Below the pieces are notes generated by a model that was not told the DNA's origin, searched no databases, and saw nothing but the letters and a program-made list of their open reading frames with translations. A stretch of 64,000 nucleotides of DNA, taken from assembly GCA_947628965.1 (NCBI GenBank), contig CANRBV010000002.1, forward strand, positions 16,247-80,246, in the 5' to 3' direction. The position numbers and the translations under genes are program-made. This document shows positions 9,933 through 22,615 of the stretch, in pieces; position 1 is the stretch's first letter; every line of letters begins with the position of its first letter. The stretch is from an uncultured Bacilli bacterium. GTDB taxonomy: Bacteria > Bacillota_I > Bacilli_A > RF39 > UBA660.

Positions 9933-11231
9933 ATGAAAAATAAATTTTTATCTTCAACAATCATTTTAATTTTAGGAGGATTTATTACAAGAATTTTAGG
10001 TTTTGTTATTAAAATTGTTTATACACGAATGATTTTAGAAGAAGGTGTCAGTTTGCATTCTTTGGTTATGCCAACTTACTCTCTTTTGGTTACCATATCC
10101 TCTCTTGCCTTACCGCTAGCCATTTCAAAATTAGTTGCTGAAGAAAAAACAAGAAGTATTAAAATTATTTCTTCTAGTGTAGTCATTATAATATTTGTCA
10201 ATATAATCCTTTTGGTTACTATGTTTTTAGGCAGTAAATTTATTGCCTTTCATTTGTTAAAAAACCCCAATGTATACATATTATTGCTTGCTTGCACTTT
10301 AACACTTCCCTTTATAAGTATTTCAAGCATTGTAAAGGGTTACTTTTTCGGAAAACAAAGAATGTTTCCTTATACTTTATCGAATGCCATCGAACAAATT
10401 GTAAGACTTATTTTAATTTTATTTTGTCTTCCTTATTTTGTAAAAAAAAGTGTTTTATGGGGAGTTTGTGCACTTATTTTATTTAATATTGCCTCTGAAA
10501 TCTCTTCTGTTCTTGTATTTCTATTTTTCATTCCTAGAAATGCCGTTATTACTAAACAAGATTTAAAACCAAATAAATATACCATTAAAGATGTTTTAGA
10601 TGTCAGTCTTCCGACTGTATCTTCTAGATTTATTGGCAATATTGGATTTTTCTTTGAACCTATTATTCTTACCAATATTTTATTATATGTTGGATATTCT
10701 AATGAATTTATTATGTTGGAATATGGTGCCTATAACGCCTATTCAATAGCTCTTCTTACCATGCCCAGTTTTTTTGTTGGAGCAATATCCAGTGCTTTAA
10801 TACCAGAAATAAGTAAATTCCATGAACAAAAAAATAGTATTATGGTAAAAAGAAGATTTTATCAAGCTTTAAAAATTTCCTTTCTTTTAGGTTTATTTTT
10901 TAGTTTATTTATACTTCTTTTTAAAGATAAACTTTTATGGATTTTGTATCATACAAAAAGTGGCTCTAACTATATTAAAGTGCTTGCGCCAATATTTGTA
11001 TTATTTTACTTAGAAAGTCCACTTATTAGTACGTTGCAAGGTTTAGGGCTTGCCAAATTTACTATGAAAATTACTTTAATTGGGGTAGTTCTTAAAAATA
11101 TAGTTCTTGCCTTTTTTTCGTTTTTTCATATAGGAATATATGGTTTAATTATTTCTGAAATTGTCAATATTATTTTTGTAGTTGGGACAAATTTTTATAA
11201 AATTCAAAAAGTTTTTAAAAAACAACTATAA
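9933..11231 (+). CDS. MOP-superfamily polysaccharide/lipid-II flippase-like membrane protein (SpoVB/MurJ/Wzx-like)
   Basis: 432-aa polytopic membrane protein with about 12-14 hydrophobic segments; genomic context matches B. subtilis spoVB-yrzD-yrbG. Confidence 0.65.
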   Translation: MKNKFLSSTIILILGGFITRILGFVIKIVYTRMILEEGVSLHSLVMPTYSLLVTISSLALPLAISKLVAEEKTRSIKIISSSVVIIIFVNIILLVTMFLGSKFIAFHLLKNPNVYILLLACTLTLPFISISSIVKGYFFGKQRMFPYTLSNAIEQIVRLILILFCLPYFVKKSVLWGVCALILFNIASEISSVLVFLFFIPRNAVITKQDLKPNKYTIKDVLDVSLPTVSSRFIGNIGFFFEPIILTNILLYVGYSNEFIMLEYGAYNAYSIALLTMPSFFVGAISSALIPEISKFHEQKNSIMVKRRFYQALKISFLLGLFFSLFILLFKDKLLWILYHTKSGSNYIKVLAPIFVLFYLESPLISTLQGLGLAKFTMKITLIGVVLKNIVLAFFSFFHIGIYGLIISEIVNIIFVVGTNFYKIQKVFKKQL

Positions 11232-11903
11232 ATTATCTTTTTTAATTAAGAAAATTTTATTTTTCTTTTGAAAAGCGTAAAAGACATCTTCAATTTTTAA
11301 TCCTTTTTCTGCTAAAACTTGTTCTAACCATTTCTTATCTTTTTTAATAAAATTTAAGGCTTTTTCTTGCAAACTGCCATCGACAATAATTGGCATAGGA
11401 TAATTACTTTTAGTCTTAAATAGATTGTATTTAAAGATAGAAAGTTTACCATTAGGCTCTAAAAAAGCATATTCAATTTCATCAATACTTTTAATGCCAC
11501 TTTGACGCAAACTTAAAAGCAAATCGTCCATACTATATCTTTGACGAACCATTTCTTTATAATTTACATTTCCATTGGCAATAATTAAAGAAGGTTTACC
11601 GCCAAAAAGGGTTCTAAAAATTCTTGATTTTATACTTATAAAAGCAAGTCCTAGTTCTAAAAGAACCAATAAAGCTATCGGAATAATTGTAAAAAAAATA
11701 GTATCTTCCCTATTTTCAATACTAATCGCTACTAATTCTGCAATTAAAATGGATACAATTAAATCAATGATGCCTAGTTGTCCAATTTCTCTTTTGCCCA
11801 TAATTCGATAAGCAAGAACAATAAAAAAGTAAAAAAATGTTGTTCGAAAAACGATAGTTAAAAGTTCCATACCATCACCTACTTTTATTATGAACAGCTT
11901 CAT
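11226..11903 (-). CDS. DUF421 (YetF/YrbG family) membrane protein
   Basis: RIMGKREIGQLGIIDLIVSILIAELVAISIE matches the YetF-family N-terminus. Confidence 0.65.
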   Translation of the reverse strand: MKLFIIKVGDGMELLTIVFRTTFFYFFIVLAYRIMGKREIGQLGIIDLIVSILIAELVAISIENREDTIFFTIIPIALLVLLELGLAFISIKSRIFRTLFGGKPSLIIANGNVNYKEMVRQRYSMDDLLLSLRQSGIKSIDEIEYAFLEPNGKLSIFKYNLFKTKSNYPMPIIVDGSLQEKALNFIKKDKKWLEQVLAEKGLKIEDVFYAFQKKNKIFLIKKDNL

Positions 11904-11935
11904 AAGTTTTTAAACAAAATCATATACATTAATAG

Positions 11936-12307
11936 GTGATTTTAATGAAATATGTAAAAGAATATGGATTTTCTTTACTTAAATTTTTAGGATTTTTACT
12001 AGGTGGAAGTCTTATCATGAGTCTTTTTTATTACTTCTTACTTCCAACAAAAATAACCAATATTGTAGCTTTTCTTTATATGGTTTTGGTTTTCTTTTTC
12101 TTTGGGCTATCTTTTGGTAAAAGGTGCGAAAATAAAGGTTTTATAGCTGGACTAAAAATAGGAATTTTACTTCTACTTCTTTTAATTTTCTTTAATGTAA
12201 TCTTCTATCAAAGTAGTTTTAAATTTATAAGAGTTATCTATTATTTGGTTCTTCTATTTTCAAGTGTTATTGGCTCTTCTATTGGTATTAATATAAAAAA
12301 AGAATAA
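11936..12307 (+). CDS. small polytopic membrane protein
   Basis: 123 aa with 4 hydrophobic segments. Confidence 0.5.
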   Translation: MILMKYVKEYGFSLLKFLGFLLGGSLIMSLFYYFLLPTKITNIVAFLYMVLVFFFFGLSFGKRCENKGFIAGLKIGILLLLLLIFFNVIFYQSSFKFIRVIYYLVLLFSSVIGSSIGINIKKE

Positions 12308-12328
12308 AGGATATGCCTTTATTTTTTA
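12306..12328 (+). terminator. rho-independent terminator
   Basis: AAAGG-atatg-CCTTT stem followed by a T-run. Confidence 0.4.
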
Positions 12329-12346
12329 ATTTTGGTTTAAAAATTC

Positions 12347-13793
<1,447 letters not shown>

Positions 13794-14819
13794 CTACTTA
13801 AGAAACATTGCATCTCCAAAAGAGAAAAAACGATATTTTTCTTTAATGGCTTCTTCATAGGCATGTAAAATATATTCCTTTTTAGAAAAAGCACTTACAA
13901 GCATAATAAGTGTACTTTTTGGTAAATGAAAATTCGTAATTAATCCATCGATGGCCTTAAATTCAAATCCTGGATAAATAAAGATATCCGTATTCCCACT
14001 ACACTCCTTAAAAGTACCATATTTACTCATAATCGTTTCTAAAGTTCTCGTAGTAGTTGTTCCAACCGCTATAATTCTTCTATTCTTTTTTTTGGCTTCA
14101 TTTAAAATAGAAGCTACTTCTTTACTCATTTCATAGTATTCACTATGCATTTTATGCTTGGTTACATCACTAACCTCAACGGGTCGAAAAGTTCCCAATC
14201 CAACATGTAAAGTAATTTCTACAATTGTGATTCCTTTCTTTTTTATATTGTTTAGTAAATCCGTAGTAAAATGTAGTCCTGCCGTAGGAGCAGCGGCACT
14301 CCCTATATTTTTGGCATAAATGGTTTGATAACGGTCTTTTTCTTTTAATTTTTCATGAATATAAGGCGGAAGTGGCATTTCCCCAAGTTTATCTAAAATT
14401 TCCAAAAAAATTCCTTGATAAGAAAAACGAACAATTACCATTCCCTCTTCTTTTTTTTCTAAAACTTCTGCTTGCAATAAATCATTACCAAATGAGATTT
14501 TTGTTCCTACATGTAAACGTTTAAAAGGACGAGATAAACATTCCCAAGTATCATTTTCTATATTTTTTAAAAGAAGCAGTTCTATAGTTGCAAAAGTGTC
14601 TGTTTTAGAACCGATTAAACGAGCAGGAATCACCTTCGTATTATTTAAAACAAGAACATCTTCTTCGTTTAATTCCTCTAAAATATCTGTAAAATGTTTA
14701 TGTTCTATTTCTCCTGTTTTTCGGTCCATTACTAAAAGACGAGAAGAAGCCCTATCTTTTAGAGGAGTTTGAGCGATTAATTCTTCTGGTAATTCATAGT
14801 CAAATTCTTCGGTACTCAC
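13794..14819 (-). CDS. queA: S-adenosylmethionine:tRNA ribosyltransferase-isomerase
   Basis: N-terminus [18 protein letters not shown] and APTAGLHFT motif; queA-tgt gene order. Confidence 0.9.
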   Translation of the reverse strand: MSTEEFDYELPEELIAQTPLKDRASSRLLVMDRKTGEIEHKHFTDILEELNEEDVLVLNNTKVIPARLIGSKTDTFATIELLLLKNIENDTWECLSRPFKRLHVGTKISFGNDLLQAEVLEKKEEGMVIVRFSYQGIFLEILDKLGEMPLPPYIHEKLKEKDRYQTIYAKNIGSAAAPTAGLHFTTDLLNNIKKKGITIVEITLHVGLGTFRPVEVSDVTKHKMHSEYYEMSKEVASILNEAKKKNRRIIAVGTTTTRTLETIMSKYGTFKECSGNTDIFIYPGFEFKAIDGLITNFHLPKSTLIMLVSAFSKKEYILHAYEEAIKEKYRFFSFGDAMFLK

Positions 14820-15588
14820 TTAAATCATCTTCCTTTTTTACAAATTTATAGGTCCAATCTATTACTTCCTCCTTATATTTTGAATAGTCAAATAAAGAAA
14901 GAGAAAAAAATTTTTGTCCATTTTGCATTTCTTTTATAAAATTAGATTGTTCACGTGATAATAAACGACAATCATAAACAATCATAGTTTCCCTATTTTT
15001 TTCATCATAATCAAATCGTAATAATGGATAGTAACGCATCAAAACTTCTGCCATATCCGTATTTTCTTGATCAATAGAAAGTATTTTTTGGCATAAATCT
15101 TTATCTTGAATTAAACCTAAATTTAAAATCGTTCGTGCAAGTTCTCTATGCCCTCCGCTTTTTGGTACAATTTGCTTTAAATCTTTCGTTATAAAACAAG
15201 GTACATAATCCTTATCTATTTCGAAAGGTTTGATACTTAAATCTCTGTCACTTACAAATGTTATAATTTCTTTTCCAAATTTATAAGGAACATAATCTTC
15301 TAATCCTTTAGAATACCTTTTTAATTTATAACACCTATTTTCTAAATTACCAATTAATAAAAAATTTTTTCGTAAGCTAATATTAAAGAGTTGATAACCC
15401 AAATAGCCAAAAACAAAATCAAAATAAGGGGCAAAATAGGTATAATCTTTACTAAAGGTTTCAAATTCTTCTAAATTTTCTTCACTTATAGAACAATACT
15501 CTTCACAAATTTCTTTACATTTTTCTTCTATTTCATAATAGAGGCAATTTATTTTACTACCATTAGGAGCAAGTATTTCTGCAACCAT
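14800..15588 (-). CDS. hypothetical protein with Cys-rich N-terminus
   Basis: 262 aa containing [18 protein letters not shown]; no family recognised. Confidence 0.45.
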   Translation of the reverse strand: MVAEILAPNGSKINCLYYEIEEKCKEICEEYCSISEENLEEFETFSKDYTYFAPYFDFVFGYLGYQLFNISLRKNFLLIGNLENRCYKLKRYSKGLEDYVPYKFGKEIITFVSDRDLSIKPFEIDKDYVPCFITKDLKQIVPKSGGHRELARTILNLGLIQDKDLCQKILSIDQENTDMAEVLMRYYPLLRFDYDEKNRETMIVYDCRLLSREQSNFIKEMQNGQKFFSLSLFDYSKYKEEVIDWTYKFVKKEDDLSEYRRI

Positions 15589-15602
15589 ATTCTAATCTCC
15601 TT

Positions 15603-16187
15603 TTACTTTTTTTTACTTCTTGATGCACCAATTGAAAATAAGTCTTGAATATTTTGATAAGCTTCATCAAAGTTATCCATTGCTAATTTTAAAACATGAA
15701 TAGAGGTATTTTCTAATTCTTTACATAAGTCAAAATAAATTTTTTGTTGATTTGCACTATTTTCAATGCTAAAAGCTTGATAATTATGATGTGCTTCTCT
15801 TGCTAATCTTTTTCGATACAATTCAATATTTTTTAAATATAAAACAATAAAATAGATTTCATAGTCTAAATTTTGTAATTGTTGAGTTAAAGACTCATAA
15901 ACATCCGTAAAAGAATATTCTTTATATCCTAAACGAGCATAGACTTCTTCTGTAAAAAATGTTCTATCAAAAATCATATTCATAGGAATACTTTGCATCA
16001 CTTTTAAATACTCTATTAAAGCATTATACATTTTTGTACTATACTCTTTACCCGTTTTTGTTTTATCACTTTGACCTGATAAGCGATATAAATTAGAAGA
16101 GGAAATATTTTCACGTAAATAATTCGTTAAAGTTGTCTTTCCTGTTCCTTGTGGTCCTTCTACAATAATTAATTTCTTTTTTTCCAT
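15603..16187 (-). CDS. P-loop NTPase, deoxynucleoside/nucleotide kinase-like
   Basis: IIVEGPQGTGKTTL Walker A motif; 194 aa. Confidence 0.5.
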   Translation of the reverse strand: MEKKKLIIVEGPQGTGKTTLTNYLRENISSSNLYRLSGQSDKTKTGKEYSTKMYNALIEYLKVMQSIPMNMIFDRTFFTEEVYARLGYKEYSFTDVYESLTQQLQNLDYEIYFIVLYLKNIELYRKRLAREAHHNYQAFSIENSANQQKIYFDLCKELENTSIHVLKLAMDNFDEAYQNIQDLFSIGASRSKKK

Positions 16188-16209
16188 ATTTTATTCCCCC
16201 ATTCTAGAT

Positions 16210-17214
16210 TTAAAATAAAGATTCGTTATGACTGATTTGTAAATGATTATAGGCTTTATCCGTTGCCATACGTCCACGTGGTGTTCTTTTAATAAAACCT
16301 TCTTGTAGTAAAAATGGTTCGACTACATCTTCAATAGTTGATACCTCTTCTCCAATGGATGTTGCAATTGTCTCTACTCCAACAGGACCACCATTAAATT
16401 TAGTAATTAAACTCGTTAAATACTCAATATCAATAGAATCTAACCCAAATTGGTCCACTTTTAAACGATCTAAAGATTTCAAAGTCAATTCTTTATTTAT
16501 GGTACTATCCCCTTCAACAAGGGCAAAATCCCTTACTCTTTTAAATAAGCGATTGGCAATACGAGGAGTCTTACGGCATCTCTTACTTAATTCTTCTGCA
16601 GCATCATCTGAAATAGGCATATCAAGTACGCGGCTGGTTCTTTTAATAATGCGTTGCAATTCTTCCGATTTATAATACTCTAACTTTGAAATAATTCCAA
16701 AACGATCTCTTAAAGGGGCAGAGATATCTCCCGCACGAGTTGTTGCACCTACTAAAGTAAAGGGAGGCAAATCAATTTTAATGTTTTTGCTTTTTCCTTC
16801 TGTTCCAATTACTAAGTCGATTTCAAAATCCTCCATCGCTGGATATAACACCTCTTCTATAAATTTAGGCATTCTATGGATTTCATCAATAAATAAGACA
16901 TCTCCTGGTTCAAGAGTTGATAAAATAGCCGCTAAATCTCCTGTTTTTTCAATAGAAGGGCCACTTGCTGTTTTAATATTGCTTCCAAGTTCATTGGCAA
17001 TAATATGGGCAAGAGTCGTTTTACCAAGACCAGGAGGACCATATAGTAAAACGTGGTCGAGTGGTTCTTCGCGCATGATCGCAGCTTTAATAAACACACG
17101 CAAATTTTCTTTAATTTCATTTTGTCCTACATATTCGTCTAAGCTTTGAGGACGAATATTTTTTTCAAAAACATCTTCTTCTTTTTCAAATGCATCGATT
17201 ATTCTATCTTCCAT
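16210..17214 (-). CDS. ruvB: Holliday junction branch migration helicase RuvB
   Basis: [14 protein letters not shown] and the AAA+ motif set. Confidence 0.9.
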   Translation of the reverse strand: MEDRIIDAFEKEEDVFEKNIRPQSLDEYVGQNEIKENLRVFIKAAIMREEPLDHVLLYGPPGLGKTTLAHIIANELGSNIKTASGPSIEKTGDLAAILSTLEPGDVLFIDEIHRMPKFIEEVLYPAMEDFEIDLVIGTEGKSKNIKIDLPPFTLVGATTRAGDISAPLRDRFGIISKLEYYKSEELQRIIKRTSRVLDMPISDDAAEELSKRCRKTPRIANRLFKRVRDFALVEGDSTINKELTLKSLDRLKVDQFGLDSIDIEYLTSLITKFNGGPVGVETIATSIGEEVSTIEDVVEPFLLQEGFIKRTPRGRMATDKAYNHLQISHNESLF

Positions 17215-17226
17215 ACAAATTCCTTT

Positions 17227-17778
17227 CTATTTTAGTAACAATTTTAATGCTTCTTTAATTTGCTCTTCAATTTTTAATTGATTATTAATTTTAGGAAGTA
17301 CTTTTTTAATATCTACAGATTTATATCCTAAACTTTCTAAAGCTTCAACAACTTCCTCAGTGCCTTTAACAATGGTTTCTTCCCCTTTTACTAATTTTCC
17401 TTTTAAATCTAATATAATTTGACGCGCTACTTTTTCTCCAACTTTAGGAAATTTTGTTAAATAAAGAATATTTTCGCGATCAATGGCATCCATTATTCCA
17501 GAAACACTTCCTAAAGCAAACATCGGTAAAGCAAGTTTAGGCCCTACGCCCTTGACACTAATCAATTTTAAAAATAATTCTCTTTCTTCTAAAGAGTTAA
17601 AGCCATATAAAGAGAATTCATCTTCTTTTATATATGTATAGATAAATATTTGTTTTTCCTCTCCTATTGAATAACTATAGGGATTGGCTACAAAAACTTT
17701 AAATCCTATACCTGAATTTTCAATAGTAATGTAATTTTTTTCTGTTTCTTGAATAATCCCCTTAATAAAACTAAACAT
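17227..17778 (-). CDS. ruvA: Holliday junction DNA helicase RuvA
   Basis: N-terminus MFSFIKG...GIGFKV and HhH motifs. Confidence 0.85.
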   Translation of the reverse strand: MFSFIKGIIQETEKNYITIENSGIGFKVFVANPYSYSIGEEKQIFIYTYIKEDEFSLYGFNSLEERELFLKLISVKGVGPKLALPMFALGSVSGIMDAIDRENILYLTKFPKVGEKVARQIILDLKGKLVKGEETIVKGTEEVVEALESLGYKSVDIKKVLPKINNQLKIEEQIKEALKLLLK

Positions 17779-17871
17779 CTAAATCACCTAAATTTATTTT
17801 AGCATACAATTGTACTTACATACAAGAAAAATGCCTACAAAAATATAGACAAGTTTCATTTTTATTCTAGC

Positions 17872-19470
17872 TCATTTTTTTAAAGTAAGAGTATATGTTT
17901 CTTCTAAATTTTTAGCACTCTTTTCTAATAATTTAATTGCACGATAATATTGATAATATTTTAGAGAAGATTCCGTTTTATCCGATTTGAATTGATTTAA
18001 TTCCATTAGATAAGGGCCATGTCTAAATCGAATAACTTCTTGAAAGTTAATAGGAAGTTGTTCAATTAATTTAAGCCAATCATAATAATTTAAAGAAGGA
18101 TATTTCTTTTGCAATTCCAATAATTTCCCTTTCATACCATATTCTTCTTTATCATTGGATTCATCATCTAAAATATAGTACTTTAACTTTTTCGCATAAG
18201 ATGAATTTCTTAATTTGTGTAAAGAGGCTTCTTCTATTTGACGAATACGTTCTGCTGTAACATGGAATTTTTTTCCCACTTCTTCCAATTTATAACATTT
18301 TCCATCTACTAAACCAAAGCGTAAACCAATCACTTCTTTTTCTCTTGCTGTTAATACAGTTAATAAAGCATTTACATCGTTTTTTAAAAATTTAGCAATT
18401 ACAACATCTTCTGGGGAAGCAATTTTATCATCAACAATATAGTCTTCTAAAGTAGAATTTTGCTCTTCGCCAATGAATGTATTTAAGGAAATTGGTTCTG
18501 TATCTAATCTTAATAATGTATGTATTTCTTTTGGATTCATGTTCATTAATCTAGCTAATTCCTCGATGGATGGTTCATAACCATATTTTAAAGTAAATAA
18601 TTTTTTTTCTTGATTTATTTTGAAGATTTTTCTTTCAATACTATCGGGTAGATGAATTGTTTTTACTTTATTTTTTAGAGCATTAATGATATTTTTTCGA
18701 ATGCACTTATTTGCAAATGTAGAGAATCGAACGCCTCTTTTATAATCAAAGTAATCCACTGCTTTTAATAAGCCTTCGTTTCCTTCCTGTATTAAATCAG
18801 AAATAGGCAAACCTTTTCCTATAAAATCTTTGGCAATACTTATAACCAAACGCAAATTATGTTCTATTAATTTTTTTCTAGCTTCTTGATCTCCCCTATC
18901 TTTTTTCTTAGCAAGTTCTATTTCTTCTTCTTTGCTTAATATGGGAATTTTTTTGGTTTCCCGTAAGTATATTTTAATTGAATTATTAAAATCGATTTCA
19001 CTTAAATATTCTTCTTTTTCATATTCAAAAGATTCTTCAACTTCCTTAGTCTGTCTATCTAAATAGCTATTATACAAATTCTTAAAGTTTAAATCATTTA
19101 AATCTAAAAATAGAGAATCAGGATTTTGTAATAAAGAAGAAAAAAATTGGTCAAAAATAGATAACTCTAATAAATTTATTATGTCTTCATTCGTTAGAGT
19201 ATAGTTCGTATCATTTAAAAATTGTAAAAAATAAGTCATTTTTTCAATAGAAAAATTTTCATTAATTTCGAGTAATTCTAAATAATTTTGCATTATCTCA
19301 AAATTCATATTCTTTTCTAAATAATTCATTATAAATTCATGTAACGCTTCGTCAAAATTTAAACTTTTCTTAGCTTTTTCAAATAATTTACTAAAAACGG
19401 ATTCTGAAATAGTACTATATTTATATTTTTGGTAATATTCTATTTGTTCTTCATCTAACATTATACTCAA
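17872..19470 (-). CDS. sigma-70 family RNA polymerase sigma factor, SigA-like but divergent in region 2.4 and carrying N- and C-terminal extensions
   Basis: Region 2 DLIQEGNEGLLKAVDYFDYKRGVRFSTFANKCIRKNI and region 4.2 LTAREKEVIGLRFGL...LEEVGKKFHVTAERIRQIE. The conserved ATWWIRQAI is replaced by ANKCIRKNI. About 95 aa follow region 4.2. Confidence 0.8.
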   Translation of the reverse strand: MSIMLDEEQIEYYQKYKYSTISESVFSKLFEKAKKSLNFDEALHEFIMNYLEKNMNFEIMQNYLELLEINENFSIEKMTYFLQFLNDTNYTLTNEDIINLLELSIFDQFFSSLLQNPDSLFLDLNDLNFKNLYNSYLDRQTKEVEESFEYEKEEYLSEIDFNNSIKIYLRETKKIPILSKEEEIELAKKKDRGDQEARKKLIEHNLRLVISIAKDFIGKGLPISDLIQEGNEGLLKAVDYFDYKRGVRFSTFANKCIRKNIINALKNKVKTIHLPDSIERKIFKINQEKKLFTLKYGYEPSIEELARLMNMNPKEIHTLLRLDTEPISLNTFIGEEQNSTLEDYIVDDKIASPEDVVIAKFLKNDVNALLTVLTAREKEVIGLRFGLVDGKCYKLEEVGKKFHVTAERIRQIEEASLHKLRNSSYAKKLKYYILDDESNDKEEYGMKGKLLELQKKYPSLNYYDWLKLIEQLPINFQEVIRFRHGPYLMELNQFKSDKTESSLKYYQYYRAIKLLEKSAKNLEETYTLTLKK

Positions 19471-19538
19471 AAACCTTTCTAATTAATGTATTCTATTATA
19501 TAACTATTCTAAAAGATTGCAAGAAAAAAGCCCAGCTT

Positions 19539-20240
19539 TTAAGACAGAAAAAAATCAATTAAAACTGGTGCTAAAATAATAAGCAACATCATTGGAACAA
19601 AAAATAATACGGAAAGAACACTAATTTTTGTAGGAAGCTTGGAAATTTCCGCTTTGGTTTCTAGAATTTTCTTTTCTCTTAAATATTCTAATTGATTATT
19701 AATACTTGTAGCAACATTATTTCCATAAATACTTGATTCTGTTAAATTTAAAAGAATCGTATTAATAGCTTCGCTAGGAATTCTTTCTTTCATTAAAGCT
19801 AAACTTTCTGAAAAACTTTTTCCCATTTTTACATCAGAAAGCGTTTTTTTAAATTCATCGGATAATTCACTATCAATATTCTTCGTTGTAAGTTCTAATG
19901 CTCCTTTTAAGTAGGGATTGGTTTCGAGAGTTAAACTTAAAATTTCAAAGAAAAATAAAGCTTCATTTTCTAATTTCTTACAGCGCTTTTTAATTTTACT
20001 ATCGAATACTATTTGTTCACTAAAAAAGGAAAAAAGTACGACACTTACTGGGGCAAGAATAGCACCATGTTTTGTAAAAAATAGAAAGAATAGAAATAAA
20101 AGTATAGAACCAAAGAAACGAAAATTTAAAAAAGTAAATTCATCCATATTTTTATCTAGTCCTAAATAATTAGCTTTTTTATGAATCCTTTCTATCGTTT
20201 TTCTAGGATAAATATGATATGCAAAATAACTTCTTTTCAT
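19539..20240 (-). CDS. tadC: TadC-like pilus assembly platform protein (T2SSF domain)
   Basis: TM segments flank a cytoplasmic T2SSF-like domain. Last gene of the tad cluster. Confidence 0.55.
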   Translation of the reverse strand: MKRSYFAYHIYPRKTIERIHKKANYLGLDKNMDEFTFLNFRFFGSILLFLFFLFFTKHGAILAPVSVVLFSFFSEQIVFDSKIKKRCKKLENEALFFFEILSLTLETNPYLKGALELTTKNIDSELSDEFKKTLSDVKMGKSFSESLALMKERIPSEAINTILLNLTESSIYGNNVATSINNQLEYLREKKILETKAEISKLPTKISVLSVLFFVPMMLLIILAPVLIDFFLS

Positions 20241-21244
20241 TATATTTTCACCTCTAAAATCTTTTTAATGACCCATATATAAGATATATATAAAAGTAAA
20301 ATTAGTCCAAAAAGGATCCATCCAATTGGTGTTGAAAACAGAGGGTGAAAATAATTTGGATTTAAAAGAAGGATAAAAGAAACAAGAACTAAAGGTAAAA
20401 AAACTAAGATACGATATACAAATAGGCTTGAAGCAGTCAAGCTTTTTAATTCATCTCGCATTTTTTTCTTATTATAAAAAGATTTTTCAATAGTTTCAAA
20501 AACATTGGTAATATTTCCCCCAGTCTTATTTAATAAAGTTAGGGAAGAAGCAATATATTTTGCATCTTCTAGTTTTATTCTTTCATAAAATCGATTAAAA
20601 ACAACTTCTAAACTAAGCCCATAAGTCATATCTAAATAAATTTTTTTAAATTCATCTGAAATCGGTCCACTCAATTCATTTTTTACTGTTACAATGGCTT
20701 GCATAATATTTTTTCCAGATCTAAAGCTATTATTTAAAACCATTATGGCTTTCATTAAATCCTGCTCGATACTTTTCTTTTTTTTAGCAAATTGAATTTT
20801 TAAAAAAATATCAGGTAAGAAAAAACCTAAGATAAAAATAAATACTGTATAAAGAAATAGAATATGTTTTGTTTTAATAAGTGAAGTTACAATACTTAAA
20901 ATTGCACATAAGAAACCTACAAAAAATTTAATGGCTATATAATAAATAGGTTCTTTCTCATTTTTTTCCTGAAAAGAAATATATTTTTCATAGGAAAAAG
21001 CATACTTAGACAAAACCGTTGATTTTTTTAAAACTTTGCTAAATTTTTTTAAAAATATCTCTAGATGAAAAATAATTCTATCAAAGAAAGAAATGATTTG
21101 GTCTTCGTTTGTATGTAAACTAAACGCTTGAAAGCGCTTATTTAACTTAGCGTCTTGTAACCCATTATAAATGCCAAAAATAAGAAGAAAAATACCAATA
21201 AAACTTGCAAACAAAAGCAATAAAATAGGTATAGATATGCGCAT
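20240..21244 (-). CDS. tadB: TadB-like pilus assembly platform protein (T2SSF domain)
   Basis: 334-aa polytopic protein with a T2SSF-like C-terminal part; its ATG overlaps the tadC stop. Confidence 0.55.
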   Translation of the reverse strand: MRISIPILLLLFASFIGIFLLIFGIYNGLQDAKLNKRFQAFSLHTNEDQIISFFDRIIFHLEIFLKKFSKVLKKSTVLSKYAFSYEKYISFQEKNEKEPIYYIAIKFFVGFLCAILSIVTSLIKTKHILFLYTVFIFILGFFLPDIFLKIQFAKKKKSIEQDLMKAIMVLNNSFRSGKNIMQAIVTVKNELSGPISDEFKKIYLDMTYGLSLEVVFNRFYERIKLEDAKYIASSLTLLNKTGGNITNVFETIEKSFYNKKKMRDELKSLTASSLFVYRILVFLPLVLVSFILLLNPNYFHPLFSTPIGWILFGLILLLYISYIWVIKKILEVKI

Positions 21245-21268
21245 AAAATCACTCCTTTCCTTTTATTT

Positions 21269-22615
21269 TTATTCTTCATTTTTTTTAAATATATCTTCTA
21301 AATCGTAAATACCGCGCGAAAGTATTTTTTTATATACTTTTGGAATATAATCATTTAATATAAATTCCCCATCTACTTCACCACTTTCAGTTACCCCTAT
21401 TTGTTTAAAACTAAATATTTCTTTTAATTTAATTCTTTCTTCTTCAAAGCCTACAATTTCTGAAATGGAAGTAATTTTTCTTTTTCCATCGTTCATTCTT
21501 TCAATGTTTACAACAATATCAATGGCACTTGTTATATATTCTCGAATTGCTTTAATAGGAATATCTAAGCCACTCATTAAAACCATTGTTTCTAAACGAT
21601 TTAGGGCATCATGAACACCATTGGCATGCAAAGTAGTTAACGATCCATCGTGACCAGTATTCATTGCTTGTAACATGTCAAATGCTTCTTTACCACGAAC
21701 TTCTCCAACAATTATACGATCAGGTCGCATACGAAGCGAATTTTTAACTAAATCGCGTATAGTAATTTCTCCATCCTTATCATAATTTGTTACTCTTGTT
21801 TCCAAAGAAATAACATTTTTTTGATGTAAACGTAATTCAGCAGCATCCTCTATTGTTATAATTCTTTCTTGTGAGTTAATAAAACCGCTTAAAATATTAA
21901 GTAGAGTTGTTTTCCCACTCCCTGTTCCTCCACAAACAATAATATTCAGTTTCCCTTTTACTGCAGCTTCTAAAAATCTTGCCATATAGGGAGTAAGGGT
22001 ACCTATGCGAATTAAATCTTCAATACTAACCATCGTTTCTTTAAATTTACGAATTGTAATTACAGGTCCTTTCGTAGAAAGTGGTGGAATAACAGCATTT
22101 ATTCTAGAACCATCTAAAAGCCTAGAATCTACCATAGGATTTGCTGCATCGATAGTTCTACCAAGAGGTTCAATTAAACGCTCTATCGTTCTAATTATAT
22201 GTTCATCATTTATAAATGAAACGCTTTCATCTTTAATCAAACGACCATCAATTTCAATATAAATCTCATTTGGACTATTCACCATAATTTCCGTAATATT
22301 TTTATCTTCTAATAATTCTGTAAGAGGTCCATAGCCATTGATTTCATTATCAATTAAATTAAATAAGTGACTTCTTTCTAAGTTAGTTAAATCTTGTCCT
22401 TCAATAGCGGACTCAATTTCTTCATTAATAAATTCATTTAATATTTTTCCTTCAGGAATTTCTTTATCAATTAAATTTTCAACAATCCTTGTTCTTAAAT
22501 CATCTAACAATTTCTTATCAGGAAAGATTTCATAATCGGTAATGCTTTCTATTTTAGGGGTTTTTCTTTCTATATTAAAAGCATCAATTAGGCTTGTTTT
22601 ACTCATGAACATCAC
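21269..22615 (-). CDS. tadA: CpaF/TadA family secretion ATPase
   Basis: Walker [17 protein letters not shown] and the conserved [12 protein letters not shown] motif. Confidence 0.85.
   Translation of the reverse strand: MMFMSKTSLIDAFNIERKTPKIESITDYEIFPDKKLLDDLRTRIVENLIDKEIPEGKILNEFINEEIESAIEGQDLTNLERSHLFNLIDNEINGYGPLTELLEDKNITEIMVNSPNEIYIEIDGRLIKDESVSFINDEHIIRTIERLIEPLGRTIDAANPMVDSRLLDGSRINAVIPPLSTKGPVITIRKFKETMVSIEDLIRIGTLTPYMARFLEAAVKGKLNIIVCGGTGSGKTTLLNILSGFINSQERIITIEDAAELRLHQKNVISLETRVTNYDKDGEITIRDLVKNSLRMRPDRIIVGEVRGKEAFDMLQAMNTGHDGSLTTLHANGVHDALNRLETMVLMSGLDIPIKAIREYITSAIDIVVNIERMNDGKRKITSISEIVGFEEERIKLKEIFSFKQIGVTESGEVDGEFILNDYIPKVYKKILSRGIYDLEDIFKKNEE

Noticed and set aside
17872-19470. 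Calling this gene rpoD (the housekeeping sigma)
   Set aside because: Strong overall similarity to SigA, but the WW->KC change in region 2.4, the extra C-terminal ~95 aa and a non-dnaG context argue against a straightforward rpoD assignment. I left the gene symbol empty.
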